A stretch of DNA of 52,283 nucleotides from an uncultured Candidatus Saccharibacteria bacterium (GTDB taxonomy: Bacteria > Patescibacteriota > Saccharimonadia > Saccharimonadales > JANWIN01): assembly GCA_964652125.1 (NCBI GenBank), contig CAZZAE010000002.1, forward strand, positions 1 through 52,283, in the 5' to 3' direction. Below are positions 1 through 8,364 of this stretch, piece by piece (the first letter of the stretch is position 1; each line of letters starts with the position of its first letter). The notes beneath the pieces are model-generated. The model searched no databases, was not told the origin of the DNA, and was given only the letters and a program-made list of their open reading frames with translations. The translations under genes and the position numbers were made by a program.

Positions 1-39
1 GGGGCATCCTAAGGTATCATAGATGCCAAGGAGAGCCCA

Positions 40-975
40 ATGTTTACAACTATCATCGTTAGACCTATCTTCAACCTGTTGGTGTTAATTTATGCTATCT
101 TACCTGGCCACAACTTTGGGCTAGCAATCATTATATTCACGGTCATTATTCGTCTATTAATGTGGCCACTGGTTAAAAAACAGTTACACCAAGCCAAGGC
201 CATGCGTGAGTTGCAGCCTGAACTCAAGCGTATTAAGGCCGAAACTAAAGGTAATCGCCAAAAAGAATCCATGATGCTCATGGAACTATATAAAGAGCGG
301 GAGATTAATCCATTCTCGAGTTTAGGTCTGGTTATATTGCAGATACCAATTTTTATAGGTTTGTACTCTGGTATTCGTCGTATAGTTACTGATCCGCATC
401 AAATAATTAGTTTTTCGTATCCTTTCCTTCAGCACCTGAGTTGGATGAAAACTCTATCTGCCGATATACATAGGTTCGATGGTTCACTGTTTAATATTGT
501 CGACTTGACCCGTACGGCATTAATTAAAACAGGCGGTGTTTATTGGCCAGCCATGATAATCGTTATTGCCAGCGCGGTTACCCAGTACTTTCAAAGCAAA
601 CAGCTGTTACCAGATAGTAAACAGAGCCGAGGACTTCGTAAGATCCTAAAAGATGCGGGTAGTGGCAAACAAGCTGATCAAGGTGAAGTAAATGCCGCCG
701 TTGGACGTAGTACTCGTTACCTACTTCCTTTCATGATTTTTATCATCACAGTCAGAATTGCAGCAGCTTTGTCGCTCTATTGGCTAGTGAGTGGCGCAGT
801 GGCCTTTATTCAGCAGAGCCGAGTGCTTGGTAAGGATGAAACTGAACTAGAGGCCGCCGCTGATAAGACTGACAAAAAAATTATTGAGGGTGAAGTAATA
901 GCTAAGACAACATCGACAAAACAACAAACTAGTACAAAGAAGAAATCCTCTAAGAAGCGAAAAAGGAGGAAGTAG
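40..975 (+). CDS. yidC: Membrane protein insertase YidC (short form with Lys-rich C-terminal tail)
   Basis: 311-aa multi-pass ORF. YidC/Oxa1-like stretch RLLMWPLVKKQLHQAKAMRELQPELKRIKAE...MELYKEREINPFSS. Basic tail KKKSSKKRKRRK. SD aaggagag upstream of the ATG. Followed by jag, as in the canonical pair. Confidence 0.9.
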   Translation: MFTTIIVRPIFNLLVLIYAILPGHNFGLAIIIFTVIIRLLMWPLVKKQLHQAKAMRELQPELKRIKAETKGNRQKESMMLMELYKEREINPFSSLGLVILQIPIFIGLYSGIRRIVTDPHQIISFSYPFLQHLSWMKTLSADIHRFDGSLFNIVDLTRTALIKTGGVYWPAMIIVIASAVTQYFQSKQLLPDSKQSRGLRKILKDAGSGKQADQGEVNAAVGRSTRYLLPFMIFIITVRIAAALSLYWLVSGAVAFIQQSRVLGKDETELEAAADKTDKKIIEGEVIAKTTSTKQQTSTKKKSSKKRKRRK

Positions 976-1430
976 TGGAAGAATCAATTTTATACGCTAA
1001 AAAGTATCTGGAGGATATGTTGTCCTTTTTTGGTTTAAACACCGATGTTTATGCGACTAATAGTGATGATGAAGTCATAGAACTACATGTACCATCAACT
1101 CATTTGAATGGTTTTTTAATTGGACAACACGGTGACACTCTTCGGTCTTTGCAGTTTATGGTTTCCAATGCTCTTCGGAACAATAACTATGAAGTTACTC
1201 GGGTTAACATTGATATCGCCGATTATAAAAAGCAGCGTTCTGATCGGCTAGCCACCCAAGCTCAGGAATGGCTGGATAAAGTTAAAAGTTCAGGTGAGGA
1301 AATGCATCTTAAACCTATGAATTCAGCCGATAGGCGAACTATTCACAAAGTGGCAGGAGAAAATGGCTTAACTACCGAATCTGAAGGTGAAGGCAGCGAA
1401 AGACATATTGTCCTAAAGCCAAACCAGTAA
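975..1430 (+). CDS. jag: Jag/KhpB-type RNA-binding protein (KH + R3H domains)
   Basis: 151-aa ORF. GTG start overlaps the yidC TAG (TAGTG), with AGGAGGAAG just upstream. C-terminal R3H-like SADRRTIHKVAGENGLTTESEGEGSERHIVLKP. Confidence 0.85.
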   Translation: MEESILYAKKYLEDMLSFFGLNTDVYATNSDDEVIELHVPSTHLNGFLIGQHGDTLRSLQFMVSNALRNNNYEVTRVNIDIADYKKQRSDRLATQAQEWLDKVKSSGEEMHLKPMNSADRRTIHKVAGENGLTTESEGEGSERHIVLKPNQ

Positions 1431-1440
1431 TTAATCGACT

Positions 1441-2538
1441 TTAATTTTCTTCTAAAACTTGGTTGTAAACAGTTAGTGTTTCTTGAGCGGTGCGCTGCCA
1501 AGAGTATTTAGCGCTAACTGCGCTAGCACGCTTTATTAGATGTTTTCGTAGTCCTTCGTCACTAAGTACACGGTTGATGGCGTCAGCCATATCCTCTGTG
1601 CTCAGGGGGTCAAAATATTCAGCACCATCCTTATATATTTCAGGCAGGCAAGTGGTGTTGCTACTTATGACTGGAGCACCTGCTATCATAGCTTCTAGCC
1701 CGGGCAGACCAAAGCCCTCACTTAAACTAGGGAAAACATAAGCGGCAGTGTGCTCGTATAGCCATTTTAGCTGACCATCACTTATGTGCCCGGTGAAGAT
1801 TATATTTTTAATATTTTTTTGCTCTGTCCGCTTTTGCAGCTGTTTATAGACGGCATCACGTTTGCCAACTAATACTAATCTAAGTGCTGGTTGTTGTTGC
1901 CTAAGCAATTGAAAGGCATCAATTAATCTATCTAAGTTTTTATGAGGCATTGGACGTCCAACGTACATTATGAATTGTTGGTTATGTAATTCCTCAACCG
2001 GCTCAGATTGATCTTTTATGGGGTCAGCCGCTTCGTAGGTCACAGTAATCTTGCGACTATTAATGCGAGCGAAGCGGGCCACGTCGTCTTTAACAAATTC
2101 ACTGGGAGTAATAATGGCTTTTGATTTTCTAGCAGCCACTACATTCACCCATTTATAGATTTGTTGCTTTATTGTAAATACTACCCAGTTTTTGCTGGGG
2201 TTTCGAAAACGGGTGGTTGTAAGATCATGCATTGTTGTTACTACCGTGCCGCGGTAGAAGATTGGCTGATTGACTTTACCGAAGTGCACTAAATCTGGTT
2301 GGAGCTTACGCACTTGCTTTAATAGATCCAATTGTTCGGCGAAAGTAAATTCCTTATATGAACTATCAATTACAGTAAATTTAGGTGCTATCTTCTTTAG
2401 ATAATCTACGCGGTGTTCCTTTGTCAGAACTGTAATTTTATGATCAGCACTAATGTGATGAATGTGTTCGATCAGTTTATCAATGTAACGGCCAGTACTT
2501 GTTCCAGATTCCCGGGCATCAATTACAATTTTAGCCAT
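1441..2538 (-). CDS. Glycosyltransferase family 4 (GT-B, retaining type)
   Basis: 365 aa. C-terminal EX7E-type motif PSLSEGFGLPGLEAMIAGAPVISSNTTCLPEI. Overlaps the next GT by 8 nt. Confidence 0.85.
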   Translation of the reverse strand: MAKIVIDARESGTSTGRYIDKLIEHIHHISADHKITVLTKEHRVDYLKKIAPKFTVIDSSYKEFTFAEQLDLLKQVRKLQPDLVHFGKVNQPIFYRGTVVTTMHDLTTTRFRNPSKNWVVFTIKQQIYKWVNVVAARKSKAIITPSEFVKDDVARFARINSRKITVTYEAADPIKDQSEPVEELHNQQFIMYVGRPMPHKNLDRLIDAFQLLRQQQPALRLVLVGKRDAVYKQLQKRTEQKNIKNIIFTGHISDGQLKWLYEHTAAYVFPSLSEGFGLPGLEAMIAGAPVISSNTTCLPEIYKDGAEYFDPLSTEDMADAINRVLSDEGLRKHLIKRASAVSAKYSWQRTAQETLTVYNQVLEEN

Positions 2539-3556
2539 TAGTTGTCCTCCTCGTTAATTTCCACCATTTTTGGCGTAGTAAGCGTAGTTTAGCTGCATTT
2601 GGAGGTAAATCATGGACAAGCATTCTATTAATATAGTCTACAGAAACCTTTTTGTTTTTTTGAATGTTTCTGCGCTCTATGAAATTTTTTGGAAGATATA
2701 CTAAAGCCATGAACCAGCCCTTAGTGGCTGGCCAAAGATTACCTCTTAAAAGCGCGCTGAAGTAAAAAGAGGTATAAGCTAGCCAGAATCTAGGCAATAC
2801 TTTTACTAAAAGTCGTAGTGGCACATTTCGTCTAACGATCATTGGTAGGTTTTTCATAGTTTGGTAAGTTGTAAAGCCTTTGATTTTGCTGCTGGTAGCC
2901 CCTATCTGGTGGTAGGCAATTGCCCCAGGAACGTAAGTTACCTTCCAGCCGGCTAATTGGGCTCGAAAACTTAAGTCCACATCCTCGTAATAAGCAAAAA
3001 AGTCTTCGTCAAACAAACCTATTTGATTCAACATTTCGACTCTATATAAACTAGCACCCCCGCTAGCCGCAAAAATGTCAGTATTGTCATCGAACTTATT
3101 GTTCGCAGGTTCACCTCGACCCCTGGGATAAGGTAGGCCCCAAATAGTATAGAAATCACCCGTAGTATCAAGAAACTTACCATTTGAATCAATAATTTTA
3201 GAAGTGGCTATTCCAGCTTTAGGATCATTTACTAGCTTACTTACCAATCTGTCTGACCAATTCGGATCAGCAGTAGCATCATTGTTTAATAGTGCGACAA
3301 ATTCTACTCCGTCTGACAGGGCTTTTTTTATACCTACGTTTACTCCACCGGCAAACCCGAGATTTCTAGTTTGTTCTAATAACGTTACGTCTGGGTATTT
3401 TGCTTTTATAAGCGCAACCGAGCCATCATTTGAGCCATTATCTACGACAATAATATTAGAACTATATTTTTGTGCCCTTAACGAGTCTAAACATTTAGCG
3501 ATACTGTCTATTCCGTTCCAATTTGGAATAACAACTGTTGTATTACTTTTTATCAT
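2531..3556 (-). CDS. Glycosyltransferase family 2 (rhamnosyltransferase-like)
   Basis: 341 aa. VVIPNWNG...VVDNGSNDGS...LLNNDA and DEDFFAYYEDVDLSFR motifs, typical of WbbL-like GT2 enzymes. Confidence 0.85.
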   Translation of the reverse strand: MIKSNTTVVIPNWNGIDSIAKCLDSLRAQKYSSNIIVVDNGSNDGSVALIKAKYPDVTLLEQTRNLGFAGGVNVGIKKALSDGVEFVALLNNDATADPNWSDRLVSKLVNDPKAGIATSKIIDSNGKFLDTTGDFYTIWGLPYPRGRGEPANNKFDDNTDIFAASGGASLYRVEMLNQIGLFDEDFFAYYEDVDLSFRAQLAGWKVTYVPGAIAYHQIGATSSKIKGFTTYQTMKNLPMIVRRNVPLRLLVKVLPRFWLAYTSFYFSALLRGNLWPATKGWFMALVYLPKNFIERRNIQKNKKVSVDYINRMLVHDLPPNAAKLRLLRQKWWKLTRRTTNG

Positions 3557-3602
3557 TGGCGTTTATAAAAACCATTTACTCATCTATAATACCCCAGTAT
3601 CA

Positions 3603-4403
3603 ATGCGACACATATTTAGCCTCAAGAACCGGGCACTGCTTGCTGAGCTTGTCAGGACAGATTTTAAACTTCGTTACCAAAATAGCGTACTCGGTTACGC
3701 CTGGTCTTTGCTTAGACCATTATTTCTATTCGTTATCCTCTATATAGTTTTTGTAAAATTTCTTAAATTTGGCAATGAAATACCCCACTTTGCAATTTAT
3801 TTGCTGCTTGGTATAGTACTTTGGAACTTTTTTGTGGAGATGACTATACAAAGTTTAGGTTCAATTGTTGGTCGCGGCGATCTAATTCGCAAAATCAAAA
3901 TTCCTCGTTGGATAATTGTACTTTCTAGTAGTATTTCGGCTCTTATAAACCTCGGCCTTAACCTAATTGTCGTGTCAATATTCATGGTTTTTAACCATGT
4001 TGGACTACAGTCGTCAGCTATATATTTTCCACTGATACTGCTTGAGATATACGTATTTGCCTTGGGGGCATCACTCTTCTTAGCGGCTGCCTTCGTAAAA
4101 TATCGAGATATTCAATATATATGGGAAGTTCTCCTACAAGCCGGCTTTTATGCAACACCGATTATTTACGCAATGTCGCGTATCAAAAACCTCACAATTC
4201 AAAAAGCCTTATTTTTGAACCCTATGACTCAAACTATTCAAGAAGCACGGTACGAAGTAATTACTCATCAGACTCCTACGATTGGGCATGTCTTAAACGG
4301 AGGTCTATACATATACATACCCTTCGTACTTGTACTTTTAACAGTTATTATTGGCGTAACTTATTTCCGTAGCCAATCCAAATATTTTGCGGAGAATATA
4401 TAA
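3603..4403 (+). CDS. ABC-2 type polysaccharide export permease (Wzm/TagG/RgpC-like)
   Basis: In-frame ATG at 3603 of the 3204-4403 ORF; the upstream part is antisense to the GT2 gene. DFKLRYQNSVLGYAWSLLRPL signature and about 6 TM helices. Immediately followed by the ATPase. Confidence 0.8.
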   Translation: MRHIFSLKNRALLAELVRTDFKLRYQNSVLGYAWSLLRPLFLFVILYIVFVKFLKFGNEIPHFAIYLLLGIVLWNFFVEMTIQSLGSIVGRGDLIRKIKIPRWIIVLSSSISALINLGLNLIVVSIFMVFNHVGLQSSAIYFPLILLEIYVFALGASLFLAAAFVKYRDIQYIWEVLLQAGFYATPIIYAMSRIKNLTIQKALFLNPMTQTIQEARYEVITHQTPTIGHVLNGGLYIYIPFVLVLLTVIIGVTYFRSQSKYFAENI

Positions 4404-4406
4404 ATT

Positions 4407-5672
4407 ATGCAAAGTACATCTGACAGTAGCGAAGTCGCAATTAAGATAGACTCACTAACAAAATTATTTAAACTACCACACGAAAAAAATTCATCTATCA
4501 AGAGTGTGGTTTTAAATATCTACAGAAAAAGGCGTGGTTATGAAATGCAATTGGCGCTTGATAATATCTCTTTTGAAATTAAAAAAGGGGAATTTTTCGG
4601 CATTGTAGGTCGCAACGGTAGTGGCAAAAGCACATTACTTAAGCTATTAGCCGGTATCTACACACCGACTAAAGGTAGTGTTGACGTAAATGGCCTACTA
4701 ACACCATTTATAGAATTAGGGGTTGGGTTTAATCCAGAACTCACAGGCCGTGAAAATGTATTCTTAAATGGTGCCTTACTTGGCTTTACGCGAAAACAGA
4801 TGCTGGGCATGTATAAAGATATAGTCGCCTTTGCCGAGCTTGAACGCTTTATGGATCAGAAACTAAAAAACTATTCTACAGGCATGCAAGTTCGTTTAGC
4901 CTTCTCAATAGCTATTCAAGTTCAAAGCGATATTTTGTTGATTGATGAGGTACTAGCTGTCGGCGATCTAGATTTTCAAAACAAATGTTATAGATATTTT
5001 TCTGATTTGAAAAAACGCCGTCAAACAATGGTGTTTGTGACACACGACATGGCAGCAGTACGCAGATTTTGTAGTCGTGGAGCTCTACTTAATGATGGAA
5101 AGCTAATAGCAGTAAATACTGCCGATAAGATAGCTGGTTTATACGAAAAATATAATCTTGTAGCTGCAGAATCAAGACTTAGACTTGATAATAAAAAGCA
5201 TGTCGACACAGTTAATGAAAACTTAGGAACTCAAGAAGCTGTAATTAATTCTGTTGAAACCTTTTCCGCCAGTAGTCGGCGTGTTCAAAATACGTTTTCC
5301 GCAGATGAGAAAATAGGTGTAAGAATAGTTTTTGAAGCAAAGACTGAAATTGATAGTCCGTCTATAGGTTTTATTTTCCAAAACCAAGAAAATTTAACAG
5401 TTTTCGCAACCAATAACAAGATTAAACACGTCGTAACTAAAACTATTAAACCAGGAGATAAGTTAACCTTGGAAACAGTAGTTGAAAACGTTTTTACGGA
5501 TGGTGAATACACAATAACTTGCGCAATCGAGAGTGAAGATTTTTTGCTTATGTACGACAGGGCTGAATATATTCATAGATTTATGGTGGGGGGTCATCCA
5601 TTACCCCACGCTACTGTGCACCCCGAGCATACTTTTGAAGTTAGCTATTCTGAGAAGAAGAACAAGGAATAG
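4407..5672 (+). CDS. Polysaccharide ABC exporter ATP-binding protein (Wzt/TagH/RgpD-like) with roughly 160-aa C-terminal extension
   Basis: Walker A GRNGSGKST, signature YSTGMQVRLAFS, Walker B ILLIDEVLAVGD. The extra beta-rich C-terminal domain begins at about residue 260. Confidence 0.9.
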   Translation: MQSTSDSSEVAIKIDSLTKLFKLPHEKNSSIKSVVLNIYRKRRGYEMQLALDNISFEIKKGEFFGIVGRNGSGKSTLLKLLAGIYTPTKGSVDVNGLLTPFIELGVGFNPELTGRENVFLNGALLGFTRKQMLGMYKDIVAFAELERFMDQKLKNYSTGMQVRLAFSIAIQVQSDILLIDEVLAVGDLDFQNKCYRYFSDLKKRRQTMVFVTHDMAAVRRFCSRGALLNDGKLIAVNTADKIAGLYEKYNLVAAESRLRLDNKKHVDTVNENLGTQEAVINSVETFSASSRRVQNTFSADEKIGVRIVFEAKTEIDSPSIGFIFQNQENLTVFATNNKIKHVVTKTIKPGDKLTLETVVENVFTDGEYTITCAIESEDFLLMYDRAEYIHRFMVGGHPLPHATVHPEHTFEVSYSEKKNKE

Positions 5673-5675
5673 CTA

Positions 5676-7391
5676 ATGTTTAAATCACTTGTTCGTAAAA
5701 TAATAAAATTGATTCTTAAGCCTTTGAGGCCGGTAGTAGTATTTGTAAACAACAAGTTCCAATCTTATAGATTATCTCAACCAGATAATATCTATAATAG
5801 CTGGGCTTATAGTCAGGAACAGCGCTGCTATGTGGAAAGTAGTATTCAAAATGACCCACTTATCAGCATTGTTGTTCCCATATACAATCCACCGGAAAAA
5901 TATTTATTAGAAATGGTATATTCTGTAGTCAATCAGCATTATCAAAACTGGGAACTAATATTAGTAAATGCCTCAACCCAACACGAATCAAAAGCGCAAG
6001 TTGAAGAATGTAGCCAGATCGATACTAGAATTAAAGTTGTAGACTTAGATAAAAATGAGGGCATTGCGAGTAATACAAACCGAGGTTTAGAGCAGGCTAA
6101 CGGAAAATATGTAGCTTTTTTGGATCATGACGATGTGCTACATCCCTGTGCCCTGCATTGTGTCGTTGAAGCATTAGGAAGATCTTCATCTCCAGATTTA
6201 ATTTATACTGACGAAGATAAAATTACTCAAAATGGCGAAAGATACTTTCAACCCTTATATAAACCTGTATGGTCGCCGGATCTATTTCGTAATGTTAATT
6301 ATATAAATCATTTAACAGTTGTACTTACCTCAATGGTAAATAAAGTGGGAGGCCTTCGAGCAGACTATGATGGTGCCCAAGACTATGACTTGTTACTTAG
6401 AATAATCGATGTATGCAAACCTCAGATATATCATGTTCCAAAAGTTTTGTATCATTGGCGAGCGGCGGAAACGTCAACAGCAAATGATATAAAAAATAAA
6501 GATTATATTTTTGCGTCGGGAGAGCAAGCAATAACGGACCACTTGCATAGAAATAAAATTCCAGCCAAAGTTAGTCATATTGATGGTAAGCCAGGTTTTT
6601 ACCGCCTAAGCTATAAAAAAACGGATTTCACGCTTGTCATTGGACCAGTTGAAGTTTATAAAAGAGCAGCCTGTGTAGCCTGGATAGACCAATTGCTAGA
6701 AACCTTATGTAAGCAGCCAAAAGACCAACAGGTGAGTTTTGAATTAGTTATTGGTAGCTGGTTTAAGAAATTTAAACCCTCAGATGATACAAATAATGTT
6801 CGAACTGTCTTGGTTGATGATAGTAGTTTTTACTGGCAAGAAGCTGTTTCTAAAGTTACAAAGCCAGTAATAATTGCGTTCAAAGTTGCTGCATTACCAG
6901 AAAACCCAAATCATCTTTACCAACTTGCTGCAGTGGCCGCCGGATCAGACGAAACATTTATTGAACCTATGTTAATTGATAAAGGTGGTTCGATTGTTGA
7001 TGCCGGGGTTAGCGGTAGCGGTTTTGGGAATAAATTTCTTGATGGGTATTCATTTGGACAGGATAGTTATTTTGGTACGACTGACTGGGTTAGGAATCCG
7101 ATATCTGTGACCACAAATGTTTTAGCAGCATCGACCGCTTCTTTTAAATCGTATATCGACAAAGATAAAAATAAATATGACTCAGCTCTAATATCTAACA
7201 AAGCGAATTCTGATAAAAATGATACTAATTTTAAATTTATTTTGTGGTCTCACTCAAAATTTAACTACTTAGGAAGGTTCAATTCAAACTACCAAGAAGC
7301 AATTGAGAGTATAGAAGCCATAAGGTTTAAGCCAAAAAGACCGACACGAATTGACGATTGGGCCAAGAAGTATGAGCGTGATGAAAAATAA
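5676..7391 (+). CDS. Glycosyltransferase family 2 with large C-terminal extension
   Basis: 571 aa. ISIVVPIYNPPEKYL, NASTQ and FLDHDD (DXD) lie in the N-terminal half. About 300 further residues have no motif I recognise. Confidence 0.8.
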   Translation: MFKSLVRKIIKLILKPLRPVVVFVNNKFQSYRLSQPDNIYNSWAYSQEQRCYVESSIQNDPLISIVVPIYNPPEKYLLEMVYSVVNQHYQNWELILVNASTQHESKAQVEECSQIDTRIKVVDLDKNEGIASNTNRGLEQANGKYVAFLDHDDVLHPCALHCVVEALGRSSSPDLIYTDEDKITQNGERYFQPLYKPVWSPDLFRNVNYINHLTVVLTSMVNKVGGLRADYDGAQDYDLLLRIIDVCKPQIYHVPKVLYHWRAAETSTANDIKNKDYIFASGEQAITDHLHRNKIPAKVSHIDGKPGFYRLSYKKTDFTLVIGPVEVYKRAACVAWIDQLLETLCKQPKDQQVSFELVIGSWFKKFKPSDDTNNVRTVLVDDSSFYWQEAVSKVTKPVIIAFKVAALPENPNHLYQLAAVAAGSDETFIEPMLIDKGGSIVDAGVSGSGFGNKFLDGYSFGQDSYFGTTDWVRNPISVTTNVLAASTASFKSYIDKDKNKYDSALISNKANSDKNDTNFKFILWSHSKFNYLGRFNSNYQEAIESIEAIRFKPKRPTRIDDWAKKYERDEK

Positions 7392-8364
7392 ACCCAGTGT
7401 AGTTTTTATTGTTGTTGGTTGGAATAACCATGATTTGCTTAGAGAATGCTTTGCTTCTATTGAAAATCAAACATATTCGAACATTAAAACTATATACGTT
7501 GATAATAATTCTCAAGATCAGTCATGTGACCTAGTGAAAAGAGAACTAAGTGATGTTGTAGTTATAGAAAATGATGAAAATGAAGGGTTCGCAAGGGGTA
7601 ACAACATCGGAATAAATCTAGCTCTTGAAGACCCAAGTGTTGATTATATTTGTTTATTAAATACTGATGCTCGACTTGAAGATGATTGGATCGAAAAAAT
7701 TGTGAACTTTGCGGGCTTAAAACCAAAAGGAGCTTTTTTCCAAGGCACTACGCTAGACTATTTTGACCATAATGTTATTGACTCAACACATATATTTATG
7801 GCTAGAAATGGTCAGGCAACCCAAGGTAATTGGCGTAAGAAATATCAAAAAGAGCTGGGTCCCCGTAAGGCTTTTGGGGTTAACGCAGCAGCCTGCATGA
7901 TAAGTCGCCACTTTATAGATTCCCAGCCCTTCAAAAATGAACTTTTTGATGAAACTATGTTTATGTATCTGGAAGATGTTGATGTGGCTGCTCGAGCTAC
8001 AATTATGGGTTGGGATAATTATCTAGTCCCTGATGCCAGAGCCTACCATATGGGTTCAGCTAGTTCTTCTAAAAATCCCAGTTTCTCTCTTTATCTTACT
8101 TTTCGTAATAATGCGGCAGTTATATTTAAAAACTTCCCATTAAAGATTACACTTCGGTTATTAATGAAAATGCCGCGTTCTGATTTTGACTCTTGGCGTA
8201 CGCTTAGACGGAGGGGTGACAAGAAGGCCGCTCAAGCGCTTTTAAAAGGTCGGGTTGTCGGAATTTTTCGTCTGCCACTTTTCTGGGGCAAAACTATGAA
8301 ATTACGTAAATATCGAAAAGTAGACAGTAGCTACTTGTGGCATTTGATGCGAGATGGTTATTAA
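7372..8364 (+). CDS. Glycosyltransferase family 2 (rhamnosyltransferase-like)
   Basis: VVFIVVGWNN...VDNNSQDQS...LLNTDA...MYLEDVDVAARA. The start is ambiguous (7351, 7372 or 7381) and overlaps the end of the upstream GT2. Confidence 0.8.
   Translation: MSVMKNKPSVVFIVVGWNNHDLLRECFASIENQTYSNIKTIYVDNNSQDQSCDLVKRELSDVVVIENDENEGFARGNNIGINLALEDPSVDYICLLNTDARLEDDWIEKIVNFAGLKPKGAFFQGTTLDYFDHNVIDSTHIFMARNGQATQGNWRKKYQKELGPRKAFGVNAAACMISRHFIDSQPFKNELFDETMFMYLEDVDVAARATIMGWDNYLVPDARAYHMGSASSSKNPSFSLYLTFRNNAAVIFKNFPLKITLRLLMKMPRSDFDSWRTLRRRGDKKAAQALLKGRVVGIFRLPLFWGKTMKLRKYRKVDSSYLWHLMRDGY

Noticed and set aside
1-39. Proximity to the replication origin suggested by yidC-jag; hairpin GGCATC...GATGCC at 3-27
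   Set aside because: No DnaA-box cluster or dnaA/rpmH/rnpA sequence lies inside the window. The hairpin is probably just the upstream gene's terminator or leader, so an origin cannot be called here.
3204-3602. N-terminal 133 codons of the 399-aa ORF 3204-4403
   Set aside because: This part is antisense to the well-supported GT2 gene (2531-3556) and has no membrane-protein character. The ABC-2 permease signature begins right after the in-frame ATG at 3603.
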